Shown here in pieces: positions 19,466 to 29,591 of a stretch of DNA of 61,732 bases. Each line of letters starts with the position of its first letter. The first letter of the stretch is position 1. Origin of the DNA: a virus. Lineage: Duplodnaviria; Caudoviricetes. The notes beneath the pieces were generated by a model. The model saw only the letters and a program-made list of their open reading frames with translations. It did not search any database and was not told the DNA's origin. The DNA is taken from IMG/VR virus record IMGVR_UViG_3300012943_000035, positions 1 through 61,732 of that record; one strand, 5' to 3'. A program made the position numbers and the translations under genes.

Positions 19466-19846
19466 GGAGTTTGCTTCATATTCTACTGAAGAGAAGTGGG
19501 ATAGCATCCACACTAGAATGAGAGTGATTGCTCAAGAAGAGACTGCGTATTCACTTCGTCGCAGACTTAACCCTCATCATCCATTAGTTCAGCAGCGAGC
19601 TGAGGCAAAAGCTTTCAGACACCAACAGTGGGAAAAGTGGTGTGAAATCAAAGACTTATATGCTGAACATCGCGACGAACTTGCCAATACTCAGGGACGT
19701 TCGCAGTACACAGAATGCAGAGATATTTTAGAGCGAATCTTTACGAATGAACTTGATGAAGCGTTAAGACAAACTCTAGAAGAGTAATTCTGAAACAAGA
19801 ATTACATGTCAAACAACAACTCATTTTCCTAAAGGAGGAATTTTAT

Positions 19847-20332
19847 ATGAGTCAGTCACAGAAAGAGGCAGTTTTTTCTGCCATTACGTCCGTAACCAAT
19901 GAAGCTGGTCTTAGTGTAGCGGAAGGTACCGACTACAGTACTGTGCTCAATCGTGAGCATCGTGCACAGATCACTTCGATCTTGGTCGAAGGTTTCCGCA
20001 ATGGAAGCATCGCTCTCGACAAGACGTTTGAAGACGAATCTGGTCTTCGCACCTATTGCTCTGGTCTCACGAGCAACTGGCTGCGTAAGGACAAGCGTCT
20101 CAACGGTGGAATGAAGTACGTCGCAAAGAACCCTGGTTCGCGCGTCGGTTCTTCTGATCCTCAGTTGAAAGCAATGCGCGTTCTCTTGAGCACTCAAGAA
20201 GATGCCGCAAAGCGTGCTGAGATTCAAGGGTTCATCGATGCTCGCGTTGCTTCGATCAAAGCTTCTAAGAAGCCTTCGAAGACTTTCAACGCAGCCGATC
20301 TTCCTGCTGAACTTCAGTATCTCGCAGAGTAA
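19847..20332 (+). CDS. 'QKEAV...NWLRKDKRLNG' family protein, paralog 2
   Basis: AAGGAGG RBS; very similar to 13138 protein. Confidence 0.85.
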   Translation: MSQSQKEAVFSAITSVTNEAGLSVAEGTDYSTVLNREHRAQITSILVEGFRNGSIALDKTFEDESGLRTYCSGLTSNWLRKDKRLNGGMKYVAKNPGSRVGSSDPQLKAMRVLLSTQEDAAKRAEIQGFIDARVASIKASKKPSKTFNAADLPAELQYLAE

Positions 20333-20346
20333 TAAGAAATAGGCTT

Positions 20347-20379
20347 AGGACCTTGCTCTCATGGGCAAGGTCCTTTTCT
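20347..20379 (+). terminator. Intrinsic terminator
   Basis: AGGACCTTGCTC-TCAT-GGGCAAGGTCCT + TTTCT. Confidence 0.75.
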
Positions 20380-20516
20380 ATTGGAGGTATTATGCTCTTG
20401 ATGGGTTACATATTATATCTCGCTGTATTTACTATATTTTTCGGCGAGCTCATCAAAAGGTTCATAGATAAAACGCCTCGCCCCTGATTCTAAAATTTAA
20501 ACATAAAGGAGAAAGC

Positions 20517-21293
20517 ATGAAAAAGTATATCAGTCTTCTGACACTAATGGCTGTCATCGTAGGTTGCAGTCCCGCGAGAGAGGTTGTCCAGATTCAAACT
20601 GGACCTCAAGGTCCTGCGGGCTCGAACGGAGCAGATGGCGCAACTGGACCAGCTGGTCCGCAAGGTCCTGCTGGTCCGCAAGGTCCTGCTGGTCCGCAAG
20701 GTCCTGCTGGTGCAAATGGTCACTCGCTTGTATCTCAGTATCTAGCTGCATCAGAGCTGGAATGTGATAGTGCGGGCGGATCTCGCCTCGATATTTACAT
20801 CGACATGGATGATTCTCTTACGCCTTCCGAAGCCGACCTTTATAGTAACTCTCTTGTTCTCTGTAATGGGCTCAATGGAGCAAATGGTTCCAACGGAAAC
20901 AATGGTCACGATGGTATCGCAGGTCCTCCTGGTTCCGCTGGTCCTCCCGGATTGAACGGTAACCCTGGACACGATGGACTACCTGGACCACAAGGTCAAC
21001 CCGGAACTCCCGGTGCACCTGGATCCAATGGTTCGAATGGCCAAGATGGAGCTCCCGGCCAAGATGCCCATGTTCATCCCAAGAATATCACTGGAAATTG
21101 CTCTTCATTGAGTAGTGGCTATGATGCTCTTATCAAGAACAACACTGTGGAGATCTATACTGCTGGTACTTCATGCTCAGCACCATCCAAAGTGTACACT
21201 CTTACCTCAGCTGCTTCAACCTTCTGGCTCTCCGCTTCGGAGTTGGCCGTGTTCGTCGATCCAGCTGGTGTTCGCGTACTAACTTATAACTAA
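20517..21293 (+). CDS. Collagen-like lipoprotein
   Basis: IVGC lipobox; two Gly-X-Y tracts. Confidence 0.85.
   Translation: MKKYISLLTLMAVIVGCSPAREVVQIQTGPQGPAGSNGADGATGPAGPQGPAGPQGPAGPQGPAGANGHSLVSQYLAASELECDSAGGSRLDIYIDMDDSLTPSEADLYSNSLVLCNGLNGANGSNGNNGHDGIAGPPGSAGPPGLNGNPGHDGLPGPQGQPGTPGAPGSNGSNGQDGAPGQDAHVHPKNITGNCSSLSSGYDALIKNNTVEIYTAGTSCSAPSKVYTLTSAASTFWLSASELAVFVDPAGVRVLTYN
20652..20711 (+). repeat. 18-bp tandem repeat x3.3 (GCTGGTCCGCAAGGTCCT) encoding AGPQGP
   Basis: Perfect tandem copies. Confidence 0.9.
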
Positions 21294-21302
21294 GGAGGCA
21301 AT

Positions 21303-21803
21303 ATGAAGTATTCAATCGCATTGTTTGCAGTATTGCTCATGTTCGTTGTAAGGTTTGCTCATGCTGGAGAACCAGCATGCTCTGAGCAGACTAGTGCTGA
21401 ACAGGTAACTGGACAGCTTGAGATCAACACAGATGTTCCTAGCCACCTGAAAGGCGCAGTGATTATCGTGCGTCGGGCAGATGGAAAGGAATCTCAGGTT
21501 CCAGCTGAACGATTCAAAGTTGTTCCTCGTAAGCAACAGTATCTCACGACTCGCACTGAGCGAAATAAGGTTGTGAGCTGTACTACGAATGAACCACGTA
21601 AGAATAGAGTTGCTCTACTTGGTGGACATGGTACTCAAGAAGGCTTGAAGTCCACGACCAACGGATCCACTACTGAAGTGGAGTCTAATGTTGGATTGGT
21701 CGGTGGTGCTCAGTACCAACGTATGATCACTGATCGACTCTCAGTTGGTGTTCAAGGTCAGACCAATAAGACTGGATCTGTACTCATCGGCGTAGATTTC
21801 TAA
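21303..21803 (+). CDS. Exported protein with C-terminal beta-strands ending in Phe
   Basis: Signal peptide (AHA), C-terminal VLIGVDF. Confidence 0.65.
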   Translation: MKYSIALFAVLLMFVVRFAHAGEPACSEQTSAEQVTGQLEINTDVPSHLKGAVIIVRRADGKESQVPAERFKVVPRKQQYLTTRTERNKVVSCTTNEPRKNRVALLGGHGTQEGLKSTTNGSTTEVESNVGLVGGAQYQRMITDRLSVGVQGQTNKTGSVLIGVDF

Positions 21804-21817
21804 TAGAAAGTAGAATG

Positions 21818-21853
21818 AACCCGGATCCCAACTTGGGGTCCGGGTTTTTACTT
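21818..21853 (+). terminator. Intrinsic terminator
   Basis: AACCCGGATCCCA-ACT-TGGGGTCCGGGTT + T-run. Confidence 0.75.
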
Positions 21854-21854
21854 T

Positions 21855-22043
21855 ATGTTCATACCACACGAGAAAAAGAAATCACTCACCGCTCTCCTGA
21901 ATGTGTTATCCAAGCTCGGCATAAACTGCCGGTTCGAGAACCTCACTATATCTATATTTACTAGAGGTTATGAGATAACACTAAAAGGATCTGAGCGAGA
22001 TAAGAATATCTCGGATCACAGAAAGAAAGAATTTAAGTTTTAA
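21855..22043 (+). CDS. KLGI-motif microprotein
   Basis: ALLNVLSKLGINCR. Confidence 0.55.
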   Translation: MFIPHEKKKSLTALLNVLSKLGINCRFENLTISIFTRGYEITLKGSERDKNISDHRKKEFKF

Positions 22044-22309
22044 GCTCCGACACCAGGATTGTTGTCGTCATGAGCTGATGATGTTGGAGTAGGAACTTTG
22101 CCCTTCATCTTGTCTTCGCTCACCTTACGTGGAGCTCTAGCATTACCAACATTATGTAGTTGACCCTTCGTACCATGATCTTCTGGCAATTGACCAGTAA
22201 GCGTACGAGGTCTGTAAGACATGAAGTCATTATCTGGGTCCTTAGCATACTCAGATGCCTTGACTAGACTCCATTGGCCATTGGCCGCTATCTTAAGCAA
22301 CTCACTCAT
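22040..22309 (-). CDS. Isolated minus-strand hypothetical protein
   Basis: TATTAT 6 nt upstream of ATG; MSELLKIAANGQWSLVKA. Confidence 0.65.
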   Translation of the reverse strand: MSELLKIAANGQWSLVKASEYAKDPDNDFMSYRPRTLTGQLPEDHGTKGQLHNVGNARAPRKVSEDKMKGKVPTPTSSAHDDNNPGVGA

Positions 22310-22342
22310 ACTCCTATAATACCACGCCCCATAGTCGGGCTG

Positions 22343-22358
22343 CTGACACTGCTACGCC
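22343..22358 (+). repeat. Invariant 16-mer, copy 5
   Basis: Exact match, 2 nt after GCCC-CATAGTC-GGGC hairpin. Confidence 0.9.
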
Positions 22359-22405
22359 GGGGCCACCCTGTCCCCGATCATAAATACCCCTAGGAGGAAT
22401 ACTGT

Positions 22406-22597
22406 ATGAAGGTCATTGCCAAAACTGAATCGTTCTCTGAGTTCGTTGCTCGTGGTGGAACTGTCACTAAGTGTCCTACAAGGGATGCAACCAAGAAGTA
22501 TTCCAAACGAGTCTATAAAGAGAAGCCGTCGATCGAAGACGTTGACATGTCTGCTATCCCTATGGCTCTAAAGATCTCTCTCGGAATCAGGAAGTAA
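22406..22597 (+). CDS. SutA-like small protein
   Basis: SEFVARGGTVT resembles the SutA 'EF(L)xRGGKV' core; paralog of 54459. Confidence 0.55.
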   Translation: MKVIAKTESFSEFVARGGTVTKCPTRDATKKYSKRVYKEKPSIEDVDMSAIPMALKISLGIRK

Positions 22598-22601
22598 ACA
22601 G

Positions 22602-23219
22602 ATGCAAGACGAGAAACGTGCGCTCGTAATGGAGCTAGCCCATGTCCTATATAGGCGCAATTTGATTGAGGTTCGCAGACGTAGAGCCAAGAGCAAGATT
22701 GGCTATTACGAAGACCTCAAGCGCACGGTTCAAGCGTTCAAGGGGACTAACAATCGTGTTATGTCTCTCACTCGTGAAATCCGCCATCTAGAGCGTCGTT
22801 CCCAGCAGATGGGTGGAAACGTAGATGTTGAACTAAAGATGACTCGTGAGAGTCTTGAGCATGAACTGAAGCGTTTAGCTAACATGACTAGCGGTAAGAA
22901 TCCACCTAATAAGTGGATGAACAGAGTGAGCGAACTTAACAAGCAGATCCTCAAGCACAAGGCTGAGTATATGAAGGCTCGTTATGATGCTGCTCGACTC
23001 ACTTGCCAAACACGTAAGCGTGTGGCTCGTCTCACTAGTCTATTGAAGTGCACCATCGACTATCAAATGGGTACGGCTTTTGTTCAAGCGATTGGTTTTA
23101 AGGGTACTTACGATCGTATCCCGCATGTGGAATTTGAGGCCATGTATCGCGAAGTGGATGCCAATAAGGCAATTGAGAAAGCGTTGAGGTCCAATTATGA
23201 AGAAAAAGAAAGTAACTAA
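22602..23219 (+). CDS. Basic coiled-coil hypothetical protein
   Basis: 205-aa ORF on the coding strand. Confidence 0.65.
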   Translation: MQDEKRALVMELAHVLYRRNLIEVRRRRAKSKIGYYEDLKRTVQAFKGTNNRVMSLTREIRHLERRSQQMGGNVDVELKMTRESLEHELKRLANMTSGKNPPNKWMNRVSELNKQILKHKAEYMKARYDAARLTCQTRKRVARLTSLLKCTIDYQMGTAFVQAIGFKGTYDRIPHVEFEAMYREVDANKAIEKALRSNYEEKESN

Positions 23220-23359
23220 GAAGTCTACTAAACCAAAACCTACTCATTTTCTCACAATCTGTGCAGATTGTAAAATAAGGCTTGTGGTTCGCAAAGAGTG
23301 TTCTAAAGCTTGCGATCTCTGTGGATCGCTGAACATCTCTGTGTCGGAATGGAGATAAC

Positions 23360-23620
23360 ATGGACAAATTTCAAGAATTTCATTTGGTGCGAATTGAAGA
23401 TGAGACAGGAGTTAGCGGAACGGGTGTGGTTGCTCGCGGTGTGGTCTTCCCTTCTGGCCGTGTGGTTATGGAGTGGCAAACCTTTCATTCTTCCATCTGC
23501 CACTACAACAACCTCAACGATATTGAGGCGATCCACGGGCACCATGGAAAGACCAAGGTTGTCATGGGATGTCCTCCAGACCCGTTCGCCGTGAAGAAGA
23601 CTCGCAAGAAGAAAGTCTAA
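23360..23620 (+). CDS. Conserved small phage protein
   Basis: FHLVRIEDETGVSGTGVVARGVVFPSG...IHGHHGKT pattern; GGAG RBS. Confidence 0.7.
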   Translation: MDKFQEFHLVRIEDETGVSGTGVVARGVVFPSGRVVMEWQTFHSSICHYNNLNDIEAIHGHHGKTKVVMGCPPDPFAVKKTRKKKV

Positions 23621-24116
23621 TCCCGAATCTAAAGATCGCTAACGGAGGTATTATGCTTACTGCTCAACAAGCTCGCGACTTAAGAGATGCCTTAGCTAAA
23701 CAAAGCGTAGAAGCTGAGCTATATAAGATACTCCAAAACGTTGCGGAAGAAGCTATCTCAGCCAAACCTAGATCCTATGTCTATACTGATCTAGACTTTA
23801 CTGATATCAAAGTTGATTACATTGTCAACAGACTACATGGAATGGGCTATGTGGTTGAATGCAATAAGTACCCAGAAGATGGGTATAGTTCTCTAACTAT
23901 TCGATTTTAAGAAGGAAATATGCATCAAGACTGTGATCGTTGTGGTGTCTTTGGTGTCTGTGACAAGAAAGGCATCTGCACCGATTGTCGTGCAGAAGAA
24001 GAGTATGAACAAGACGGAACGCAAGAAACTGAGGAAGCTGAAGAAGAGGAAAGTTAAGCCTCGTATTCCCATTCCTCCGCCTAGTCGAAGGCATAAGACC
24101 AAGAAAGACTATAAGC

Positions 24117-24398
24117 GTGTCAACCGAATCGACCCAACAACTGAAGATTGATGATATCGAGCGGTTTGATGCGGTTGAGAATCTAATGTCTCTCTTGCAA
24201 AAACTCTCTATCAAGTCTGCAAAACCTGCTCTTAAAGATCTAGTAATGGATCTTAAGAGCGAATTCTATTGCGGTGACTGCGAAGCTCCTCTCGATGATT
24301 GCTATGGTCACCCAGACTATGACGATTATCCTGACTATGAGGCTGATTACGACGAGCACGCAGACGTCACCGATGAGAAACCAACAAAAAATGGATGA
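24117..24398 (+). CDS. KLGI-motif protein with acidic tail
   Basis: NLMSLLQKLSIKSAK; CGDC..C. Confidence 0.6.
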   Translation: MSTESTQQLKIDDIERFDAVENLMSLLQKLSIKSAKPALKDLVMDLKSEFYCGDCEAPLDDCYGHPDYDDYPDYEADYDEHADVTDEKPTKNG

Positions 24399-24449
24399 GT
24401 ATAATATTCTTGTGGGCACAATAATGTGTACACGAGAATTGGAGTATTT

Positions 24450-24893
24450 ATGACTCAAAAAGATGCAGTTTTTAGTGCAGTCTCTCAGATTTTGGCCAGC
24501 AACAACATTTCGTTTAACCCAAGCTCTACCAACGTAGCAAGTCTCTTGACGCGTGAACTGCGCTCACAGATCAATGCTCGTTTGGTCGCTGATTTCACCT
24601 CTGGATCAGTCGAGATGAGCGATGATGCTAAGACCAAGCTCAATGATGTGGCCGAACTTCGTGCTTACATCTCCGGACTGGTAAGTAACTGGGTTCGCAA
24701 GGATCCACGTTTGAACGGTGGAACTGTTCTTGCGACGACTGGTTCTTCTACCACCAATGCTAGCAGCAAGACCTTGAAAACTGATCCTCAGCTTCAAGCT
24801 CTTCGTAAGCTTCATAAGGCTCAGGTCGAACCTTCTAAACGTCTTGAGATCCAAGCTCACATCGATCGCCGCGTTGAAGAATTAAGCGGGTAA
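24450..24893 (+). CDS. 'QKEAV...NWLRKDKRLNG' family protein, paralog 3
   Basis: MTQKDAVFSAV...YISGLVSNWVRKDPRLNGG; GGAG RBS. Confidence 0.8.
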   Translation: MTQKDAVFSAVSQILASNNISFNPSSTNVASLLTRELRSQINARLVADFTSGSVEMSDDAKTKLNDVAELRAYISGLVSNWVRKDPRLNGGTVLATTGSSTTNASSKTLKTDPQLQALRKLHKAQVEPSKRLEIQAHIDRRVEELSG

Positions 24894-24906
24894 GTATAAC
24901 GACCTG

Positions 24907-25047
24907 ATGAGAATAGAGAAAGCTCAGTCTTGCGCCAACCTCATCAGATTGCTTTATAAGCTCGGCATCATTGATCACAACGAAGCTTCGAAATTCATAG
25001 ACCATCTACAAATTATGGTCATGCAATCCGAATCTAATTCTCAATAG
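24907..25047 (+). CDS. KLGI-motif microprotein (46 aa, not in ORF track)
   Basis: QSCANLIRLLYKLGIID; TATAAC 6 nt before ATG. Confidence 0.6.
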   Translation: MRIEKAQSCANLIRLLYKLGIIDHNEASKFIDHLQIMVMQSESNSQ

Positions 25048-26274
25048 GAGGCATACTATGGAAGTGAATCTCTATAAGACCCCACGTGGCTGGGCAGTTA
25101 AAGCTGGCAACGAAATTGAAGCTTACGGCACAGTCGAACAGGCTTGTGACTCTCTACTGGCCCTCGGAGTGAAGGACGAATCGATCGACGAAGCTCTCGT
25201 TGAGATGTATGGTAATCATCATACTCATGCTAACTTCGGTGTTAATGGTGGATTCATATTCTCTGATGAGGCGAAGCTAGATGAGCTCCTTGGCGTCGCC
25301 TAAACAGGCATTCAGACTCAAGATCTCGCCCACATTGCTCAGTCAGCTAGTAATTGAGGACATAAGTCCTGATGAATGCATTGAGTTCTTTGCGGCTCAG
25401 TTCCAAAACATGATCGCTTGTAAGCCAAACTTCAAGGGGTCTACGCCTGAGAAACCTGTATGGTTCTTGCGCGGCTACTATCCTCGTACCTCTGTATTCT
25501 TTAAGATGACAGTTGTTAAGACTGGAACTCTCACTGGTCATCACGGTGATCAGTATGAAGAGACATTTAACTATTACGTTAAGGCTACTGAACTGAAGGT
25601 GAGCCCTGGCAAGACCTTCAGGAGTAAGGTCTTCATGAACTCTGGTTTCATTGCTCTATATAGCGATGCTATCATGAGGCGTATCACTGAGGGCATGGAG
25701 AACAGCGTTCTTGGTGGCGAACACGAGATCAAATCTCTTATTCCCGCTAAACTGGTGAGGCCTAAGGCTATGTCCCCTAAAGGGATGAAGCTGTTCCGAT
25801 ACGATAAACCTCTACGGAGGGATCGTGAGAACTAGTGCATTGCTCGTCTTATTGCTGTCTGGTTCATGTTACGCTGAGGGTGTGGCGTCAATGCCATCTC
25901 TCAACGAAGTCCCTGCATTTTGGGGCATGCTAGGCAACAATCCTGCATATAAAGATGCAGCGTTCAAGGCTCAGCAAGCATTCTTTATTCAGACTGGTAT
26001 CCAATCTAAGTACGATATGGTTACTGGTTATGTGTCTACTAAGGTTACTGAAGTCGCACAGAAAGCTCAAAGTGAAGTAGCTACTGTCATCGATGAGGAA
26101 ACGCCGCTCAATTCGAAGCATGTGTTCTTTGCAGTAGCTGCTGGATATACTATCGCAGTGAAGAAGGAATACACCCAGCGATTCAGAAACCCATTGTTTC
26201 GTAACGTTAGCCATACCGCGACCGTTGGTACAGACCACGGATCGTTAGGTGTGTCTATACCCTTTTGAGGTTAT

Positions 26275-26451
26275 ATGAAGAAGTTCTGTAGAAACGAAAC
26301 TGATGGGTATTTGTTCGGTGTGTGCCAAGGCATCGCTGAACACTTTGACCTAAATCCTACGCTAGTACGTATCTTCTTCTTGTTAGTGCCCCACATGGGA
26401 TTAGTATATATAGCTCTTGGCTTCTTGGCCCCAGAGAAGGACGACAAATGA
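26275..26451 (+). CDS. pspC: PspC-domain membrane protein (58 aa, not in ORF track)
   Basis: MKKFCRNETDGYLFGVCQGIAEHFDLNPTLVRIFF...YIALGFLAP matches the PspC GVCxGIAxxFxxxPxxVR signature. Confidence 0.75.
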   Translation: MKKFCRNETDGYLFGVCQGIAEHFDLNPTLVRIFFLLVPHMGLVYIALGFLAPEKDDK

Positions 26452-26793
26452 AAGTCTATTACTTGAACGACGAGCAGAAAGAGATGACGGTGAGAGTATT
26501 AGATCTCACTTATGATCATACTTATACAAAGAGCGATAACCGTGAGACTTACCACAAGCTGAAGCCAGCTGAAGGTAAGCTATTTGAAGTTGTTATTCCT
26601 GAGGGATCTTGTCTTTGGGTGAAGAAGTGGCCGGGGATGGTAATGTTATCGTATTACGGCGGAAGTGCTCTTCAACAAGCTTCTCAACCTGACGAACAGC
26701 CTCAAACTGAGGAAGACGCGTGAGAGGATCTTTGCCTTCATCTAGCCTGCAGAATGCACATATAGGGCATTTCTTCCACCAGAGTAACTCTGG

Positions 26794-27423
26794 ATGGGGT
26801 TCCATGCAAGCTATAGAGCAACTTGGGCACACCTTCATTTACCTATTATCTCATGGAGTTGCCTTATGTCAGTCGGAGATTTGATTATGAGAGCAGCTAT
26901 ATATGGAATGCTTTTCGCTGTAATAGCAAATGGTTGTACCACTGTTAACATCCTCAATCAGAGGCTGGCAGATCTCTCTTATATTGACTCTGCAATCAAA
27001 CCTTACTCTAACTCCTTTGTAACTGAAGCAGTTAAGAGAGGAAACGTGGCACCAGATCTTAGCAAGCTAACAATGGTGTTCGGTAAGACCAGTACTAAGG
27101 ATGAGCCGAACACCATCGGAACCTGTTCCGGCATCAACGGGTATCCAATCATCACTATTGATACTAACTACTGGGATGTTGCTGACGAGTTTGAGAAGCA
27201 AGAGCTTATATATCATGAGCTTGGACATTGCATTCTCAATAGAGATCACTGTGAAGTTAAAGAGAACGGCAAGCCTGTCTCCCTAATGGAGCCAGAGATG
27301 GTCGGTTCTTCATTTTATCAAGAGAATAGGGAGAAACTAATCAATGAGCTCTTTGACTCAAATGACGGATGCGGCCAAATTGGTTCGAACTCTGATGGAG
27401 TCCACCTGCGTATACGCGAGTAG
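26794..27423 (+). CDS. Exported zinc metallopeptidase (probable lipoprotein)
   Basis: HELGHCILNRDH zincin motif, SLM Met-turn; true start probably about 26866. Confidence 0.75.
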   Translation: MGFHASYRATWAHLHLPIISWSCLMSVGDLIMRAAIYGMLFAVIANGCTTVNILNQRLADLSYIDSAIKPYSNSFVTEAVKRGNVAPDLSKLTMVFGKTSTKDEPNTIGTCSGINGYPIITIDTNYWDVADEFEKQELIYHELGHCILNRDHCEVKENGKPVSLMEPEMVGSSFYQENREKLINELFDSNDGCGQIGSNSDGVHLRIRE

Positions 27424-28013
27424 GAATATATCCAACGACAAAGATAGAGATTCCTATATCAAGGCCATGCGTAGATGTTATTACCTCTGCTCTGAGGAGT
27501 GTGTAGGCGATGACTTATCTCAGATGTTGACGCAGCTAAGGAAGATGCAAGCAAATACACCCAAGACATTCCTGTCACGATTCGAGATCTTCTCCAACGT
27601 CAAACGTCACTATATGCTTGGAGTTGCTCACTCATTAGACATCGTTAACTCCATCCACAAGCGCTTCATCACTGGTAGCGGTCATCCCGATACTATATTC
27701 ATCAAGAGCATACTTGGAGGTAACAGATGAAGTGTAAGTTCAAGCAACTAGAAGCTGCTATGGAGCATTTTCGTTATTCTATTCATAATCAGCCAGAGGC
27801 TGAGGTGGAAGTGACCACTCGAGATGAGGAGTTTGAGAAGGGTACGTTAATGAGCTGCATCATCATGGCTGTTAGCTATAAGCAGCAGCCATCTCAGTAT
27901 GAACGCAATATTGGTGAGAAGACTATCACGAGGACCATTGAGGTCTTCTCGGATACAGAGAACAGAAGCTCAATAGTTACGACCCAAGAGACGTACGAGC
28001 TTCTTAAGAAGTC

Positions 28014-28298
28014 TTAAAGGATTTTGCCTGGAGATACTGTAGAGCCAGTAACGGGACCTGGAACACCACCGCCGACGCCGACGACCTGCTGACCTGGAAC
28101 GACCATTGCATTGGTAGTCATCTCAGTGACTAGATCCATGGCGATATCGGAGATAGCATCAGCTAGCTTCATCCAGAATTCGTCTGCAACTGGTGGGAAA
28201 CCATCGCCCTTGCCGGCAGCAGCGCTGAACTCGCGCTTAAGGCCAGAGTGGATGGTGTCTTTAAACTTTGCTTTGATAGCTGGTGCAATAAGTGGCAT
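28014..28298 (-). CDS. Isolated minus-strand small protein, possibly virion (spike-tip-like) component
   Basis: Gly/Pro/Val-rich C-terminus; TATAAT 6 nt upstream. Confidence 0.55.
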   Translation of the reverse strand: MPLIAPAIKAKFKDTIHSGLKREFSAAAGKGDGFPPVADEFWMKLADAISDIAMDLVTEMTTNAMVVPGQQVVGVGGGVPGPVTGSTVSPGKIL

Positions 28299-28331
28299 GA
28301 GCTAATTATACCGCGAAAGTAGAATATCGAT

Positions 28332-28589
28332 ATGCCGTACATTAAACAAGAAGATAGACAGCGTCTCAACCCTCTCGTCCAAGCCATTGAGAACACGGAG
28401 ATCAAAACTCCTGGTGAGCTCAACTACTTGTTGACTATGCTCACTCATAGATTCTTGAACCAGAAACCTGAGTCATACCAAGGTTACAACGACTGCATCG
28501 GAGCTCTTGAAGGAGCTAAGTTAGAGTTGTATCGCCGACATGTTGCCTCATACGAGAATGACAAGATCAAAGAAAATGGTGACGTATGA
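28332..28589 (+). CDS. Conserved phage protein (MPYI...GELNY family)
   Basis: MPYIKQEDR...PGELNY...LELYRR...YE.KI.ENGDV. Confidence 0.7.
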   Translation: MPYIKQEDRQRLNPLVQAIENTEIKTPGELNYLLTMLTHRFLNQKPESYQGYNDCIGALEGAKLELYRRHVASYENDKIKENGDV

Positions 28590-28776
28590 GCTGTGAACAC
28601 TGTGAAGAGGAAGACAAGAAGGAATATAGAGAAGCTACTTGGGGCGAAGCAGCAATGATCGGGCTGTTTGGTCCTCCTGCTTTACTTGTCATAGCTGTTA
28701 TTGTCGCGATTGGGGTAGCACTATGTGCTTGCGCGATACCGTTTATGGTACTGTTCGGCAAAATGAAGGTAGCTAA

Positions 28777-29271
28777 ATGAATGTCGAAGTCTATTGTGAT
28801 GGGTCAGCAACCATTGCCACACTTCCTGGAGGTTGGGCGTTCGTCATACTGGTTGACGGCGTTAAGTACACGGAAGGATCTGGGCACATTGCTAAAGCTA
28901 CTAATAATATTGCGGAACTTACAGCTGCAATCAGTGGACTCGAGTTTGTCCAAAACGATCCAGGGCTCGCACATAGCACATCTATTACACTTGTATCGGA
29001 TTCACAACTCACACTTCGGTATGCAAGTGGAGAGTATCAATGCCGAAAATATCACCTTGTCCCTCTCTTCTGTAAACTCCGTCAACTTCACGACAAGCTT
29101 AAGATTAAAACAAGATGGGTAAAGGGTCACTCAGGAGAACCAACTAATGAGCGATGCGACGAACTTGCTAAGGCTGCTCGCGGAGGGACAACCGTTACCG
29201 CACAGAGTTCAAGCCTGTCGGTCTCTACGGTTCCTTATGAGGACACTCTCGAAGCTGGGGATCACGAGTAG
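28777..29271 (+). CDS. rnhA: Ribonuclease HI
   Basis: YCDGS, TNNIAEL, SDSQ, WVKGHSG..NERCDELA. Confidence 0.93.
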   Translation: MNVEVYCDGSATIATLPGGWAFVILVDGVKYTEGSGHIAKATNNIAELTAAISGLEFVQNDPGLAHSTSITLVSDSQLTLRYASGEYQCRKYHLVPLFCKLRQLHDKLKIKTRWVKGHSGEPTNERCDELAKAARGGTTVTAQSSSLSVSTVPYEDTLEAGDHE

Positions 29272-29282
29272 CAACGAATTAC

Positions 29283-29591
29283 ATGAACTTACCAACTCGA
29301 TTCGCTATACAAATAGACGCTTCAGGAAAAAAGATGTACCCACCGGAGCGGATCATGATGATCAAGGCTCTACGGGACATGACAAGAGTTCTTGGCAAAC
29401 TTGGACTTAAATCCTGCTATCATGATAACCAAGGATATATAGACTTCTACAAGCAGAACAGTCCAGTTCCAAAGACTTGGATCAATCTACCTGATCGCTA
29501 TAGATATGGTTGGGGTTTAAAAGAAGCTAAGGATGCAGTTGAGAACTATCTAGACAGGTTAAACGCCAAAGCTAGATCCACAACCACATGA
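29283..29591 (+). CDS. bL12 (L7/L12) C-terminal-domain-like protein interrupted by KLGI-type motif
   Basis: IKALRDMT...GWGLKEAKDAVE with RVLGKLGLKSC in between. Confidence 0.6.
   Translation: MNLPTRFAIQIDASGKKMYPPERIMMIKALRDMTRVLGKLGLKSCYHDNQGYIDFYKQNSPVPKTWINLPDRYRYGWGLKEAKDAVENYLDRLNAKARSTTT

Noticed and set aside
12984-22358. 16-mer repeats as a CRISPR array
   Set aside because: Spacing is 0.7-4 kb with genes in between, the repeat is too short, and no cas genes are in the window.
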